IMG/VR virus record: IMGVR_UViG_3300017767_002783
Coordinates: 1,249 to 65,248 of that record
Length of the DNA stretch: 64,000 nt
Direction: 5' to 3' (one strand)
DNA from: a virus
In this document: piece after piece, positions 1-10,878 of the stretch
Position numbering within the stretch: position 1 is the stretch's first letter
Layout: each line of letters opens with the position of its first letter
Notes under the pieces: generated by a model
Database searches by the model: none
The model's input: the letters and a program-made list of their open reading frames with translations, nothing else
What the model was told of the DNA's origin: nothing
Program-made: the position numbers and the translations under genes

Positions 1-1227
1 ACGGATGATAATAAAGACACATCCAATATTTTTCAGTTATATTTACCGCCATATTTAATAGAAATGTTCGATAATTTTAAAATAGATTATAAGGCTGATT
101 CGGTTGATAACATTGAAAAAATGAATTTAAAACATAAATGGATTTATGTATTAGATGCACTTGGTGATCCTCGTGGTTGGTTAGGTAAATATTCTAAAGA
201 TGAAAATTCAATAAAGTCTGTATTTAGTGGTGTTAGTAAAAAGGCATTAAAACAGGTTCGAGACAATAAGGCCGTAATTATGATTTATCAGCCTATGGAA
301 GGTTACCCTACCAATTGGTTGGGTAATGATGTTTATGAAATAATTTATAAAGAAATTAAAAAATATAAATTAAATCCCAAAAATATTTTATATGTGACTG
401 GTAATTGGAAATTAAAAGAAGATTTCAAAAAGTGGAAACCCAAATCAAAATATTCTAAATCAGAAAATATTGTTGTATATAGTTTTAATAATGAAAGATA
501 TTTAGATTTTAGGAATAAATGGGAAGTTGCGGATTTAAATTCTAATAAAAAAAGAAGGGCATATTTTTTATGTTATAATAGGACACCACGAGGTCATAGA
601 ATGTATTTACTTTGTCTATTGCATGGTGCTGGTTTGATTCAAAAAGGATTTGTTTCATGTTCAGAAGTGCCTACGGATAAAAACTCACAAACTATTTTTA
701 GTGGGTTTCTACATAATTTAGGTGTTGGTGTCAATTTACGAAAAAATGCAATTCAACTAAGACAAGAATTTGCTAAAGGTTCACCCTACATAGTGGATGT
801 TGATGAATGGGGAACAAATCATTTTGATACATCACCACCTTGGCCATATGAAGAATCATTTTTTTCTGTAACCACTAATACTTTGTTTGAAGATGACGCA
901 TTATTTTTAGATGAAAAAATTTGGAAACCTATATTGAATTACCATCCTTTTATTTTTGTAGGATGTTATAATAGTTTAGAAAAACTCAAAGAGTTAGGGT
1001 TTAAAACATTTCATCCTTTTATAGACGAAAGTTATGATAAAGAAAAAAATCCTGTAAAGAGAATGTTAATGATTGTTAAAGAAATAGAAAGGTTGTGTAG
1101 TTATACGATGGAAGAAATGGAAAATTGGTATGAACAATTACTTCCAAGATTAAAATACAATCATCATCATTTATTTGATAGAAAAAACTTTAGTGAGTTT
1201 TTAAAAGTGATAAAACATGAAGTATAG
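1..1227 (+). CDS. DESYD-family glycosyltransferase-like protein, copy 1 (probably 5'-truncated by the window edge)
   Basis: C-terminal block SFFSVTTNT...DEKIWKP..YHPFIFVG...GFKTFHPFIDESYD. The frame is open from base 1 to the ATG at 64, so the true start may lie upstream of the window. Confidence 0.7.
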   Translation, partial: TDDNKDTSNIFQLYLPPYLIEMFDNFKIDYKADSVDNIEKMNLKHKWIYVLDALGDPRGWLGKYSKDENSIKSVFSGVSKKALKQVRDNKAVIMIYQPMEGYPTNWLGNDVYEIIYKEIKKYKLNPKNILYVTGNWKLKEDFKKWKPKSKYSKSENIVVYSFNNERYLDFRNKWEVADLNSNKKRRAYFLCYNRTPRGHRMYLLCLLHGAGLIQKGFVSCSEVPTDKNSQTIFSGFLHNLGVGVNLRKNAIQLRQEFAKGSPYIVDVDEWGTNHFDTSPPWPYEESFFSVTTNTLFEDDALFLDEKIWKPILNYHPFIFVGCYNSLEKLKELGFKTFHPFIDESYDKEKNPVKRMLMIVKEIERLCSYTMEEMENWYEQLLPRLKYNHHHLFDRKNFSEFLKVIKHEV

Positions 1228-2386
1228 TTTTATTTTTGATGATGATAATACATCTATGGGATTTCTTGAAAATGTAAGATTTGCAGGAATTGATATCAAT
1301 AGAAAATCAATTGACAATATAAAAGATGATTTAAATTATTATGTAATGTGGAGTGGTAGTGGGAATAGCATCGATAAGTCAAAGGTTGAGTTAATCAATC
1401 AAGGTAAAATGAAATTACTTTTGATTTCGGATGGTGAGGCGTTACAAGAAATGACATTAAATTGGGCCGTAGATGTTATTAAAGATTTTAAAATAGATTC
1501 AAAACAAGTTATTTTTATGTCTTATGATTTAAGAAGTGATGAAACATATAAGTTATTATTAAAAGAATTTTCTAAATTTAGAAAATATCCATTAAGTGTT
1601 ATTGGGATGGATACATATTGTTTTGAATCTCATTCAAATTTTGGTGATTTACCGCTACCAAATAAAGATAAAAAACCATACAAATATGTTTGTTATAATG
1701 CAAACGCAAAAGAATATAGAATGTTTATGGTTACTGAACTATTTAGACGAGGACTTGATAAACAAGGATTGATTTCTCTACTATTTAGATATGGTTCACC
1801 ACAACAGATGAGTAGTGATTTTGTAAGTGAATTAGGATTTAATACAAATAAAGAATTTGGTAAATTGGTTGATAGTTACGCTAAAACAGAAATGACTAAA
1901 CGAGTACCTTTAATTCTTGACCAAACTGTAAAACAAGTTGATAAAAATGATAGACCTGTTTCAGTTAATCATATAGAAAATTCATATTTTAATATAATAA
2001 CAGAAAGTTATATGTACAACAAATCATTACCACAATCTCATAAAACGATTTTTGAAATGAGTGAAAAAACATATAAGGCACTTATATGTCAACCATTTAT
2101 CCATTTGGGTAGTTATGGAGTTTTAGAGTATATGAAATCAATGGGATATAAAACTTTTCCTGAATTATTTGATGAAAGTTATGATGGTATAATAAATCAT
2201 ACAGATAGATTGTTAGCAGTTGTGAATTCGGTAGAAAAGGCCTGTAAAATTGATGATAGTGAATTTCATCATATTTATTGTAATGAAATTATACCAAAAG
2301 TTATTCACAATAGAAAATTGGCTAAATCTAAAAAAATTAAAGAAAAAATATGGAATAAGTTTATATCGGAGTTAGTAAAGTTATGA
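1217..2386 (+). CDS. DESYD-family glycosyltransferase-like protein, copy 2
   Basis: SYFNIITES...SEKTYK...PFIHLG...GYKTFPELFDESYD. Confidence 0.7.
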   Translation: MKYSFIFDDDNTSMGFLENVRFAGIDINRKSIDNIKDDLNYYVMWSGSGNSIDKSKVELINQGKMKLLLISDGEALQEMTLNWAVDVIKDFKIDSKQVIFMSYDLRSDETYKLLLKEFSKFRKYPLSVIGMDTYCFESHSNFGDLPLPNKDKKPYKYVCYNANAKEYRMFMVTELFRRGLDKQGLISLLFRYGSPQQMSSDFVSELGFNTNKEFGKLVDSYAKTEMTKRVPLILDQTVKQVDKNDRPVSVNHIENSYFNIITESYMYNKSLPQSHKTIFEMSEKTYKALICQPFIHLGSYGVLEYMKSMGYKTFPELFDESYDGIINHTDRLLAVVNSVEKACKIDDSEFHHIYCNEIIPKVIHNRKLAKSKKIKEKIWNKFISELVKL

Positions 2387-2904
2387 ATGATGATTGTACT
2401 GGATATTTAAAACCATTTTGGGATGATGAATACAAACATTTGAAGTATAAAAAAATGCCATTTAATAGTAAATATGATGTATCCAAATGGAGAGAAAAGG
2501 GTTATACACAAGATGAAAAATACTTTACAGGAGAAATGTGTAATTACAACGAAAAACAACCAAGTTGGAATGAAACATTTATTTCTTGGGCTAGATATCA
2601 ACACGGATTACATGATATTGGGTGTTGTTATTATCGTATGGTAACAAATGAAATATTACCAGTACACGGAGATGATTACAAACTTTATAGAGAAAAATTT
2701 AAAGTAGAACTTGTTGATTGTTATAGAATTTTAGTATTTTTAGAAGATTGGAAAAGTGGTCATTATTTTGAATTTAATAATAGGCCAGTAGTTGATTGGA
2801 AAAGTGGTGATTATTTTATATGGAATGATAAAGTTCCACATATGGCAGCAAATATTGGTATAGATGATAGATATACCTTACAAATAACAGGACATAAAAA
2901 ATGA
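2383..2904 (+). CDS. 2OG-Fe(II) oxygenase / cupin-like hydroxylase
   Basis: HxD (PVHGDD), distal His (PHMAANIG), RYTLQITG; double-stranded beta-helix pattern. Confidence 0.6.
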   Translation: MNDDCTGYLKPFWDDEYKHLKYKKMPFNSKYDVSKWREKGYTQDEKYFTGEMCNYNEKQPSWNETFISWARYQHGLHDIGCCYYRMVTNEILPVHGDDYKLYREKFKVELVDCYRILVFLEDWKSGHYFEFNNRPVVDWKSGDYFIWNDKVPHMAANIGIDDRYTLQITGHKK

Positions 2905-3635
2905 AAGTTTATAATCTTACAACCGAAAAATGTGCATCTAGATCTGTCGGTGGTGCCATAGAGGTTATATTGGGTGATAAGTATTTAAAAACTTATCCTG
3001 AAAAACATTCAAAAATATTTCCTAAATTTATACAATCTTATTATCATCTTACAACAGACGATTGGAATAATTTTGATAAATTATGTGATGATAATTATGT
3101 TTTTCAATTTGTGAGAAATCCGTTTGATAGATTTGTTTCTTCTTTTATAATGGCATATGGTGGAGATGAGGGACATAATTTTATAGCTGACGATATACCA
3201 AAACTTAGAAATCCAATATCAAAAGAAAATCAATTACTCTGTTTTAAAGATTTTTGTAAAAGAGTATCTGATAGTTTTAATGGTGGAAATTTTAATATGA
3301 ATTCACACGTCATGTTACAAACTGATTGTTTAAGTTTTACTGCTAGAACTCCGAAACATAATATTATGGAGTTTGATATATGTGATTATATTGAAAGAAA
3401 AAAATATAATATTTTTAAAGTAGAAAATTATGATGAAAGTCTTGAAACACTCACATCTGATTTTGAAAAAAATAATTTTGTTACTTTTAAATTTCTTAAA
3501 AATATTGGTAAAATAGGAGATAGGTCATCGAAGAAATTCAGTACTGATTATAGAGATTGGTATAATGATGAAACATATAATTTAATGAGTCCTCATTTTA
3601 AAAAAGAAATGGAGTTATTTAATTATGAATTTTAA
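2901..3635 (+). CDS. Sulfotransferase family protein (Sulfotransfer_2-like)
   Basis: PAPS-binding motifs EKCASRS (5'PSB) and FVRNPFDRFVSS (3'PB). Confidence 0.75.
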   Translation: MKVYNLTTEKCASRSVGGAIEVILGDKYLKTYPEKHSKIFPKFIQSYYHLTTDDWNNFDKLCDDNYVFQFVRNPFDRFVSSFIMAYGGDEGHNFIADDIPKLRNPISKENQLLCFKDFCKRVSDSFNGGNFNMNSHVMLQTDCLSFTARTPKHNIMEFDICDYIERKKYNIFKVENYDESLETLTSDFEKNNFVTFKFLKNIGKIGDRSSKKFSTDYRDWYNDETYNLMSPHFKKEMELFNYEF

Positions 3636-4923
3636 CAAAATATATTTACAAAATTTGTTTATAGAAAATCCACCACACACTTCTGCAGAATTACTTTTTG
3701 AATGGGATAGGCCTCCAGATAATTCTTTTCAAATGAGCCTATATTCTGAAATAGAAACTGCAAAAGAAACTAATAAGTATATATTATTAATTAATGTTAA
3801 CTTTGATCCTTGGTATCAATTTACAGAAAATAAAGATGTACGAGATGGAGTTTTAAAATCACTAAAAGAATTTTCAAATAAAGATGAAAGATTTAAAAAA
3901 TATGTCAAGGATGTGAAAAATAAAAAAGCCTTAATATGTTTTATATGTTATGAGCCGAGTAATTTTTACTTCGAACCATATACTGAATTATTTTTAAATT
4001 TTTGTAATTACTTAAAAGTAAATCAGAAAAGTACATTTTTTATGGTGCCAGAAGATTATCATGTAGATATAGAAACTAATGGGTTTGATGTAATATTTTA
4101 TCCAGGTCATACACCAAGAGGATTAGAAAATTATGAAGAATTAGATGAGTATGTAAACTTTTACAGGTTTTACAATAAACATACAAGAGATATGTACAGA
4201 GATAAACATTTTATTTCTACAAATAATGGTGGAAGAATAGGACGAACAAACATTTATAAAATCGTAGACGATAATAATTTATACGAAAAGGGGTATTTTT
4301 CATATCTACATACAGGAGATGATACCCTTGAAGGTTTAAAACAAAATTTAAATTGGTTTGGGCCAATTCAATGGTCACCACAATATTGGGATTATAAAGA
4401 AGAAAATAATTTAAAGTATGAAGAATTTGATGATGATTATGTACAGAAATTATATGACAAATTACCTATTGTATTAGATATAGAAAGAATAGCTTCAGGT
4501 GAAAAATATTATTTACAACCAGGTTTTTTAAATTCTTATTTTAATATAAATTGTGAGAGTTTTGAACAAAATGATGAGTGGAGTTATTGTAGTGAAAAAT
4601 CATTTAAACCATTAATTTCTTGTCAACCATTTATATTAGTGGCAGGACAAAATCATTTAAAAACTTATAAAAAGTGGGGATATAAAACTTTTCATCCTTA
4701 TATTGATGAGAGTTATGATGATGAACCAGATTACCATATACGGATGAAAATGATTGAAAATGAAATTTTAAGATTGTGTTCTTTTACTAAAAAAGAAATA
4801 CATGAATGGTATTGGAATATGAATGATATACTATTACACAATTTAAATAATTTTAAAAAAACTATAACTACCGATTCACAAAAACGATATAAGAAAATTG
4901 AGGACAAGTGGAAAAATATATAA
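3625..4923 (+). CDS. DESYD-family glycosyltransferase-like protein, copy 3
   Basis: SYFNINCES...SEKSFKP...QPFILVAG...GYKTFHPYIDESYD. Confidence 0.7.
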   Translation: MNFNKIYLQNLFIENPPHTSAELLFEWDRPPDNSFQMSLYSEIETAKETNKYILLINVNFDPWYQFTENKDVRDGVLKSLKEFSNKDERFKKYVKDVKNKKALICFICYEPSNFYFEPYTELFLNFCNYLKVNQKSTFFMVPEDYHVDIETNGFDVIFYPGHTPRGLENYEELDEYVNFYRFYNKHTRDMYRDKHFISTNNGGRIGRTNIYKIVDDNNLYEKGYFSYLHTGDDTLEGLKQNLNWFGPIQWSPQYWDYKEENNLKYEEFDDDYVQKLYDKLPIVLDIERIASGEKYYLQPGFLNSYFNINCESFEQNDEWSYCSEKSFKPLISCQPFILVAGQNHLKTYKKWGYKTFHPYIDESYDDEPDYHIRMKMIENEILRLCSFTKKEIHEWYWNMNDILLHNLNNFKKTITTDSQKRYKKIEDKWKNI

Positions 4924-5687
4924 TAACAAGTGGATGTAGTTATTCTGATGTTTCAATGGGAGCGTGGCCTAAACACATTGATGAATTTTTTCCTAATGTA
5001 ATTGTCAAGAATTATGGTTCTTGTGCAAGAGGAAATGACTACATTAGTCGAACAATAATATCATCAGTGCAAAAGTTGTTAGATGATGGTGTAAAACCAA
5101 ATAATATTTTTGTTTTGGGGTGTTGGTCTGGATTACAAAGACGAGATATATTAATAAATAAAGAAAGTGTTAAACAGCATTTTTCTTTATCTCATCATAC
5201 AAAAAAACAAAATGAGTTGGGATTTACAAATAAATTACCAATAGGTGAGTGGGAAGGATTTAACGAGGAATGGTGGAAACTTATATCAGAAGAACAAGGT
5301 ATAATAATTTCACTTGAGAATATTTTGAGAACAGAGTGGTTTTTAAGAGATAAAAAAATAAATTATAAATTTTTCAGTTTTGTTAATATTTTTGTAGATT
5401 CACATTACTTTGAGGAATGGAATCCAAAATATAATACAGAATCTAATACAAAAATTATTGAAAAATATCCAAATACTAAATATCTTTGGGATATGATAGA
5501 TTGGGATAAATGGTGGTTTTGGAAAAATTATGGTGGAGTCGGTAATTGGATATTAGAAAATGTTAAGGGTGGATATGATAAAGATGAGATTGGTGGAATG
5601 TTAGGACATAACCATCCAACTGAAAAAGGTCATAAAGAGTTTGCAGAAAAAATAGTATCTATTTTTATAAATGATACTTATAATTAA
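4908..5687 (+). CDS. SGNH/GDSL-like hydrolase or acyltransferase, copy 1
   Basis: N-terminal TSGCSYS, ARGNDYISR block, C-terminal NHP; GTG start. Confidence 0.6.
   Translation: MEKYIITSGCSYSDVSMGAWPKHIDEFFPNVIVKNYGSCARGNDYISRTIISSVQKLLDDGVKPNNIFVLGCWSGLQRRDILINKESVKQHFSLSHHTKKQNELGFTNKLPIGEWEGFNEEWWKLISEEQGIIISLENILRTEWFLRDKKINYKFFSFVNIFVDSHYFEEWNPKYNTESNTKIIEKYPNTKYLWDMIDWDKWWFWKNYGGVGNWILENVKGGYDKDEIGGMLGHNHPTEKGHKEFAEKIVSIFINDTYN
5674..5682 (+). promoter_or_regulatory. ATACTTATA candidate promoter motif
   Basis: Variant of the ATATTTATA motif seen repeatedly upstream of genes; 18 nt before an SD-led ATG. Confidence 0.35.
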
Positions 5688-5700
5688 CAAAGGAGTTATT

Positions 5701-5805
5701 ATGATAAAATATTTTAAATATCTTTGGTTTAAAGTTAAAGCTTGGTATCTTTACAAGAAGAAAATCAAAGAAATTAGAAAACGAGATCCGTTTATTTACA
5801 AATAA
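5701..5805 (+). CDS. Small basic hypothetical protein (34 aa, MIKYFKYLWFKVKAWYLYKKKIKEIRKRDPFIYK)
   Basis: Not in the ORF track. AGGAG at 5691-5695; exactly fills the gap between two genes. Confidence 0.6.
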   Translation: MIKYFKYLWFKVKAWYLYKKKIKEIRKRDPFIYK

Positions 5806-5806
5806 A

Positions 5807-6469
5807 ATGGAAATTATAGGTTTTGGTGATAGTTGGGTTGCTGGACACGGAGTAGAAGCTGACGAGAAGTATTCTGATGTTCCTAATGAAAAAGTACCTG
5901 ATGAGATATTAAAAATTCGTTTAAATGGTTCTTTAATTTCACAACTGGCAAATAAAGTAGATTGTACATGGAAAAACTATGGGTTATGTGGTGCAAGTAA
6001 TAGTGAGATTTATAATTCTTTTTTAGAATGGTATAATAGTGTAAAAGTTAATAGTAGATATGTAGTTATTGTTGGATTTACAGTTACAAGTCGTGATGTT
6101 ATACCATCTAAAACTGAAAAAGAACGAGGAATTAATCGAGAATTAATAGATGAATCTGATCAGATTAGACATTTACTACTTATTTATGATAAAATTTTAA
6201 AGTTATGTAAAGATAAAAATATTAATTGTATTTTTTTCAACGCGTGGGATTCAAGTTTGGATGATAAGTATGAAAACTTTTGGAAACCATCAGATACTAT
6301 GGCTAATTTTTTATTAAATAAAGAGAAGAATGTGTGGCAATATGATTGGGGAAAAAATAATTATTATAAACTTGTTGGTACACGAGGTGGTTGGCATCCA
6401 AATATTAAAGGTTATAAATACATTACAGAAGAATTATATAATTTTGGAGTGAAATTAAAAATATGGTAA
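5807..6469 (+). CDS. SGNH/GDSL-like protein, copy 2
   Basis: GFGDSWVAG, GASNSEIY, GGWHPN. Confidence 0.65.
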   Translation: MEIIGFGDSWVAGHGVEADEKYSDVPNEKVPDEILKIRLNGSLISQLANKVDCTWKNYGLCGASNSEIYNSFLEWYNSVKVNSRYVVIVGFTVTSRDVIPSKTEKERGINRELIDESDQIRHLLLIYDKILKLCKDKNINCIFFNAWDSSLDDKYENFWKPSDTMANFLLNKEKNVWQYDWGKNNYYKLVGTRGGWHPNIKGYKYITEELYNFGVKLKIW

Positions 6470-7338
6470 ATAGGTTATTAACAATGGGATGTAGTTTTAG
6501 TTGTAATTCTTATCCTGAAATTTTACAAAACATAATGGGTGATATAGAAGTTCATAATTGGTCACGACATTCTTGTGGAAACGAACACATAATGAGGTCG
6601 GTTATATTTGGTTGTCAACAACATTATCAACAATATAAAACTTATGATAATTTATATGTTATTGTACAATGGTCAGGATTGCATAGGGTAGAAAAATTAG
6701 TTACTAAAAAAGAAACCATAGAGTTTGATGATTATTTAGAAAATGCCGAAGTTACACCAATAGTAAATTGGGATGATGATTGGGAGAGTGGTAAAAAAAG
6801 AGAATCGGGTTGGTTGTTTGGAACGGGCTGGTTTCATTTACCAATTTGGAAAAAGTGGTTTCAAACCATAGAAACTGATGAACTTGCCTTTATTAGAACT
6901 ATGGAATGTATTTTAACACTACAACACTTTTTTAAATCAAATAATATAAATTATAAAATGATAAAGATGGAAAATATTTTTAATGATTATTCGGTTGATT
7001 ATTTAAAGGGGGCCACGATATCAGAACCCGATTCACAAGATTCTGGTGTGTTATGGAATCATTTGAGCACTTTAGATACCATTAAAAATGTTTCAAAGAA
7101 TACACCATTACTTAAAGATAAGTTTCCAAACGCCACTCATTTGTGGGATATGATTGATTGGTCTAAATGGTTTTTATATAAAAATGATTTGGTTGAGAAT
7201 GGTGGAATTTCAGAGTGGACTTTATTTGAGGGAAGTCGGCCTTGGTCTACCGAAGATGATGTACAACATCCAAGTATGGAAAATAGAGAATTATTTACAA
7301 GAAAAGTTTTATTAGAGGATATTGAGAAATGGAAATAA
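6463..7338 (+). CDS. SGNH/GDSL-like protein, copy 3
   Basis: TMGCSFS, SCGNEHIMR, VQWSG, DVQHPS (DxxH). Confidence 0.6.
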   Translation: MVNRLLTMGCSFSCNSYPEILQNIMGDIEVHNWSRHSCGNEHIMRSVIFGCQQHYQQYKTYDNLYVIVQWSGLHRVEKLVTKKETIEFDDYLENAEVTPIVNWDDDWESGKKRESGWLFGTGWFHLPIWKKWFQTIETDELAFIRTMECILTLQHFFKSNNINYKMIKMENIFNDYSVDYLKGATISEPDSQDSGVLWNHLSTLDTIKNVSKNTPLLKDKFPNATHLWDMIDWSKWFLYKNDLVENGGISEWTLFEGSRPWSTEDDVQHPSMENRELFTRKVLLEDIEKWK

Positions 7339-8291
7339 AAATTAAAGGAATTGATAGACATATTATAACAGGTGGTTGTAGTTTTACAAATTGTGCAAAA
7401 TCTTGGCCATATCATATAGACCAAGAAAAATATGGGTGGGTACACAATGTTGCAACACCAGGTGCTGGGCAGGCATTTATATCTCGTAGTGTTATTTACG
7501 AAATTGAACAGATGATAGGCAATGGTATCCGTACTGAAGATATTGATGTATTTGTAATGTGGTCAGGAATAGATAGGTATGAAATACTATCTACTCAAAA
7601 AGAAACGCCGATGCATCAACTCTATATAGAGGGTAATGATATGAATTGGTTAGAAAATTTTGTTTATAGAGATGGTGACAGAATTCCTTTTGAGGAATCT
7701 TGTTGGTTAAAAAGTTCGACTCGTGGTATGCAGTGGGAAAATAAACCTGTTGTTAAATTATTTGATACTTATTTTAAACACTTCCACACGGAAGAAGAAA
7801 GTTTTGTTAGAAGTCTTGAAAATATTTTAAGATTACAATGGTATCTTGAAAGTAAAGGTATAAACTACAAATTTATGTGTTGGCAAAACATCTTTAATAA
7901 ATATAGTTTTACCGTACCTAAAGGTTTTCCATCGGCAGGTGAAGTTAATGAAGGACATAATATTTGGTGTATGGGTTGGTTTGACAATTATCATTGGTCA
8001 CCAAATAGAATTTTTCCGAAGGATGTAACTTGTAAACTATCAAAAGATACACCTTTATTAAAAGACTTATATGAAAATTCAACTCATCTGTGGGATATGT
8101 TAGATTTAAACAGATGGTGGTTTTATGAAGATAATCAAATAGAATATGGTGGTTTGGCAGAATGGATTGTTTTGGGTAAACGACATCCTTTTGGAAATGG
8201 TCGTGAGGATCCAGGACATCCATCCGAAAAATCTCACGGAGTTTTTACAGAAGAAGTTATTTATAAATTATTAGAGGAGTTAAGAGGATGA
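7329..8291 (+). CDS. SGNH/GDSL-like protein, copy 4
   Basis: TGGCSFT, GAGQAFISR, VMWSG, DPGHPS (DxxH). Confidence 0.6.
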   Translation: MEIKIKGIDRHIITGGCSFTNCAKSWPYHIDQEKYGWVHNVATPGAGQAFISRSVIYEIEQMIGNGIRTEDIDVFVMWSGIDRYEILSTQKETPMHQLYIEGNDMNWLENFVYRDGDRIPFEESCWLKSSTRGMQWENKPVVKLFDTYFKHFHTEEESFVRSLENILRLQWYLESKGINYKFMCWQNIFNKYSFTVPKGFPSAGEVNEGHNIWCMGWFDNYHWSPNRIFPKDVTCKLSKDTPLLKDLYENSTHLWDMLDLNRWWFYEDNQIEYGGLAEWIVLGKRHPFGNGREDPGHPSEKSHGVFTEEVIYKLLEELRG

Positions 8292-9394
8292 AACATATAG
8301 TTACATCAGGTTGTAGTTTTTCAGAAGATACACACACTTGGTCTACGTTTGTTAGGTTATATAGTGAAGAATACCATCCATCAGAAAAAATAAAAGTTTG
8401 GAATTATGGATGTGGTTCTCGTGGAAATTTTTGGATTAGAAGGTCAATTAGTAGTAAGGTATTTGATTTACTACAAGAAGGTGTTAATCCAAGTGATATT
8501 TACGCTATAGCATCTTGGTCAACTTCATCAAGAATAGAAACACCATTTGACCACACTAAATGGCCAATAGATCCAGATATGGGTAATTTTGATCCATCTG
8601 ATGAGACCAAACCAGGTAGAGGACTTGAAAGATTCGGTGAAGTTAGATATCATAGGTATTTAGTATCAGACTTTGCTAGTAAATTCCATGACGGAAGTTC
8701 TTATGATGGTGGAGAAACATTTTGGACTTGCTGTCATCCTACTGTATATAAAACTCACGAAGAAGAAATGTTAAAATTCAATCAACATAAATATGCATCT
8801 TCGTTAGAAATAATAAATTATTATGACCAAATTTTATTCTTACAAAATTATTTAGATGTAAATAAAGTTAATTATATGTTTATGAGTATGAGAAATTTAA
8901 GACAAAATATATTTGGAGATGATTCTCTGAGTAATGAAGATTGGTGGTGTAAACAATTTAAGTGGAATGAAGATTCTAAATTTGAAATAAATAATTGTAA
9001 GTGTAGTCATTGTGAAGATTATAGAAGAAATGGTCATTGGTTAAAACCACAATATTCTCGAATGATTACTCCAAATGTCAAGGAATGTCCTATGATTGAA
9101 GAATCACTACCACATTTAAAACCAACCATTAAACAAATAAATTGGGATAAGTTTTGGTTTTATAAAAATGAACGAAACGATTATGGTGGTAATTTAGAAT
9201 GGACACATGAAAATACTGATTTTTGTTCTCCTAATCCAGAACCACATCATCCAATGCCACACTCTTGGTTAGAGTTCTTTTGGAATATTTTGAAACCAAG
9301 ATTAGAAAAAGATAAAGTTTATGTTAAAGGAGATGATAGTTTTTATGTAGATTTAACAACTCAATGGGGCAAATTTAAAGGAGATAATATATGA
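8288..9394 (+). CDS. SGNH/GDSL-like protein, copy 5
   Basis: TSGCSFS, SRGNFWIRR, ASWS, HHP. Confidence 0.55.
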   Translation: MKHIVTSGCSFSEDTHTWSTFVRLYSEEYHPSEKIKVWNYGCGSRGNFWIRRSISSKVFDLLQEGVNPSDIYAIASWSTSSRIETPFDHTKWPIDPDMGNFDPSDETKPGRGLERFGEVRYHRYLVSDFASKFHDGSSYDGGETFWTCCHPTVYKTHEEEMLKFNQHKYASSLEIINYYDQILFLQNYLDVNKVNYMFMSMRNLRQNIFGDDSLSNEDWWCKQFKWNEDSKFEINNCKCSHCEDYRRNGHWLKPQYSRMITPNVKECPMIEESLPHLKPTIKQINWDKFWFYKNERNDYGGNLEWTHENTDFCSPNPEPHHPMPHSWLEFFWNILKPRLEKDKVYVKGDDSFYVDLTTQWGKFKGDNI

Positions 9395-10878
9395 AAATAT
9401 TAGGGATAAACGGATTAAATCACGACGCTGCAGTGGCCCTTATAGAAGATGGTGAAGTATTATTTGCTGGTCATAGTGAGAGATATAGTGGGGTTAAAAA
9501 CGATTCTGATTTAAACAATGAGTTGATGGCTGATTGTTATCGATATGGTAGACCAGACAAAATTGCATATTTTGAACGACCATACTTAAAAAAACTTAGA
9601 CAATTAAAGGCAGGTCAGTATAGTGAAGTTCTTTCTACTAAAAATATTCCATATAATTATTTAAAAAAATGGATAGGAAATACTCCAATTGAATATGTTC
9701 AACATCATCAATCTCATGCAGCAGCAGGATACTACACGAGTCCTTATGAAGAATCTGCAATCGTAGTAATAGATGCAATAGGAGAGTTTGAGACTTGTAC
9801 GATTTGGTATGCTTGGGGAAGTCATTTTGAAAAACGATATAGTTTAAAATATCCAAAATCACTTGGTCTTTGGTATTCAGCAATGACTCAACGATTAGGA
9901 TTAAAACCGCAAGAAGATGAATACATCCTTATGGGAATGGCTGGTTGGGGGACGGTTAATGAGGAATTAAAACAAAACATACGAAATGATTTCTTTAACG
10001 ATAGTGATAAACTGATTGACCTAAAGAATAATTTACACAGAGGTTGTTTAGATTGGAATCCTGAATACTACAAAGATGATGATAGTGAACAATGGAAATT
10101 TGATATTGCAGCAAATGTCCAATCAATTTGTGAAGAAGAAATCGTAAAGGTATTTGAGTTGACAAAACAATTAGTACCCGAAACAGATAATTGTGTTTAC
10201 ATGGGTGGAGTTGCATTAAATTGTGTAGCAAACTCAATTATAGCCCGTGACCACTATCCTAATTTATGGATATTACCAAATCCAGGTGATGCAGGTTCAT
10301 CATTAGGTTCTGCAGCATATGTATTTGGTGAACACGTGAATTGGACTTCACCATTTACAGGTTATGATATAAAAGGAAAATATCCAACCACAAAAGTATT
10401 AAATGAATTGTTGAGGGGGAATATAGTAGGAGTGGCAAATGGTAGAGCAGAATTTGGGCCACGAGCTTTGGGTAATAGAAGTTTGTTGGCAGATCCAAGA
10501 GGTAAGAATATTAAAGACCAAATGAATGAAATTAAAAATAGACAAAAGTTTCGTCCCTTTGCACCATCGGTGCTGGAAGAGCACGCCCACGAAATATTTG
10601 ATATGCCAGTTCGTAAGTCTCAGTTTATGCAATTTACTGCACCTTGTAAATTTCCTAAGAAGTATCCAGCAATATGCCATGTTGATAATACTTCAAGAGT
10701 TCAAACCGTCAGTAAAGATGATAATCCTGGATATTATAAATTGATAAAAAGATTTTATGAGAAAACAGGATGTCCAATGGTTTTAAATACAAGTTTAAAC
10801 ATAAAAGGACAACCGATTGTAAACTCATATCATGATGGAGTAGAATTTACTAAAAAGTATAATGTGAAGGTGTTTTAA
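9391..10878 (+). CDS. Carbamoyltransferase (NodU/CmcH/TobZ family)
   Basis: ILGINGLNHDAAVAL, HSERYS..K.D, HHQSHAAAG, DAIGE, GGVALNC, AEFGPRALGNRS, LNTSLN. Confidence 0.92.
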   Translation: MKILGINGLNHDAAVALIEDGEVLFAGHSERYSGVKNDSDLNNELMADCYRYGRPDKIAYFERPYLKKLRQLKAGQYSEVLSTKNIPYNYLKKWIGNTPIEYVQHHQSHAAAGYYTSPYEESAIVVIDAIGEFETCTIWYAWGSHFEKRYSLKYPKSLGLWYSAMTQRLGLKPQEDEYILMGMAGWGTVNEELKQNIRNDFFNDSDKLIDLKNNLHRGCLDWNPEYYKDDDSEQWKFDIAANVQSICEEEIVKVFELTKQLVPETDNCVYMGGVALNCVANSIIARDHYPNLWILPNPGDAGSSLGSAAYVFGEHVNWTSPFTGYDIKGKYPTTKVLNELLRGNIVGVANGRAEFGPRALGNRSLLADPRGKNIKDQMNEIKNRQKFRPFAPSVLEEHAHEIFDMPVRKSQFMQFTAPCKFPKKYPAICHVDNTSRVQTVSKDDNPGYYKLIKRFYEKTGCPMVLNTSLNIKGQPIVNSYHDGVEFTKKYNVKVF

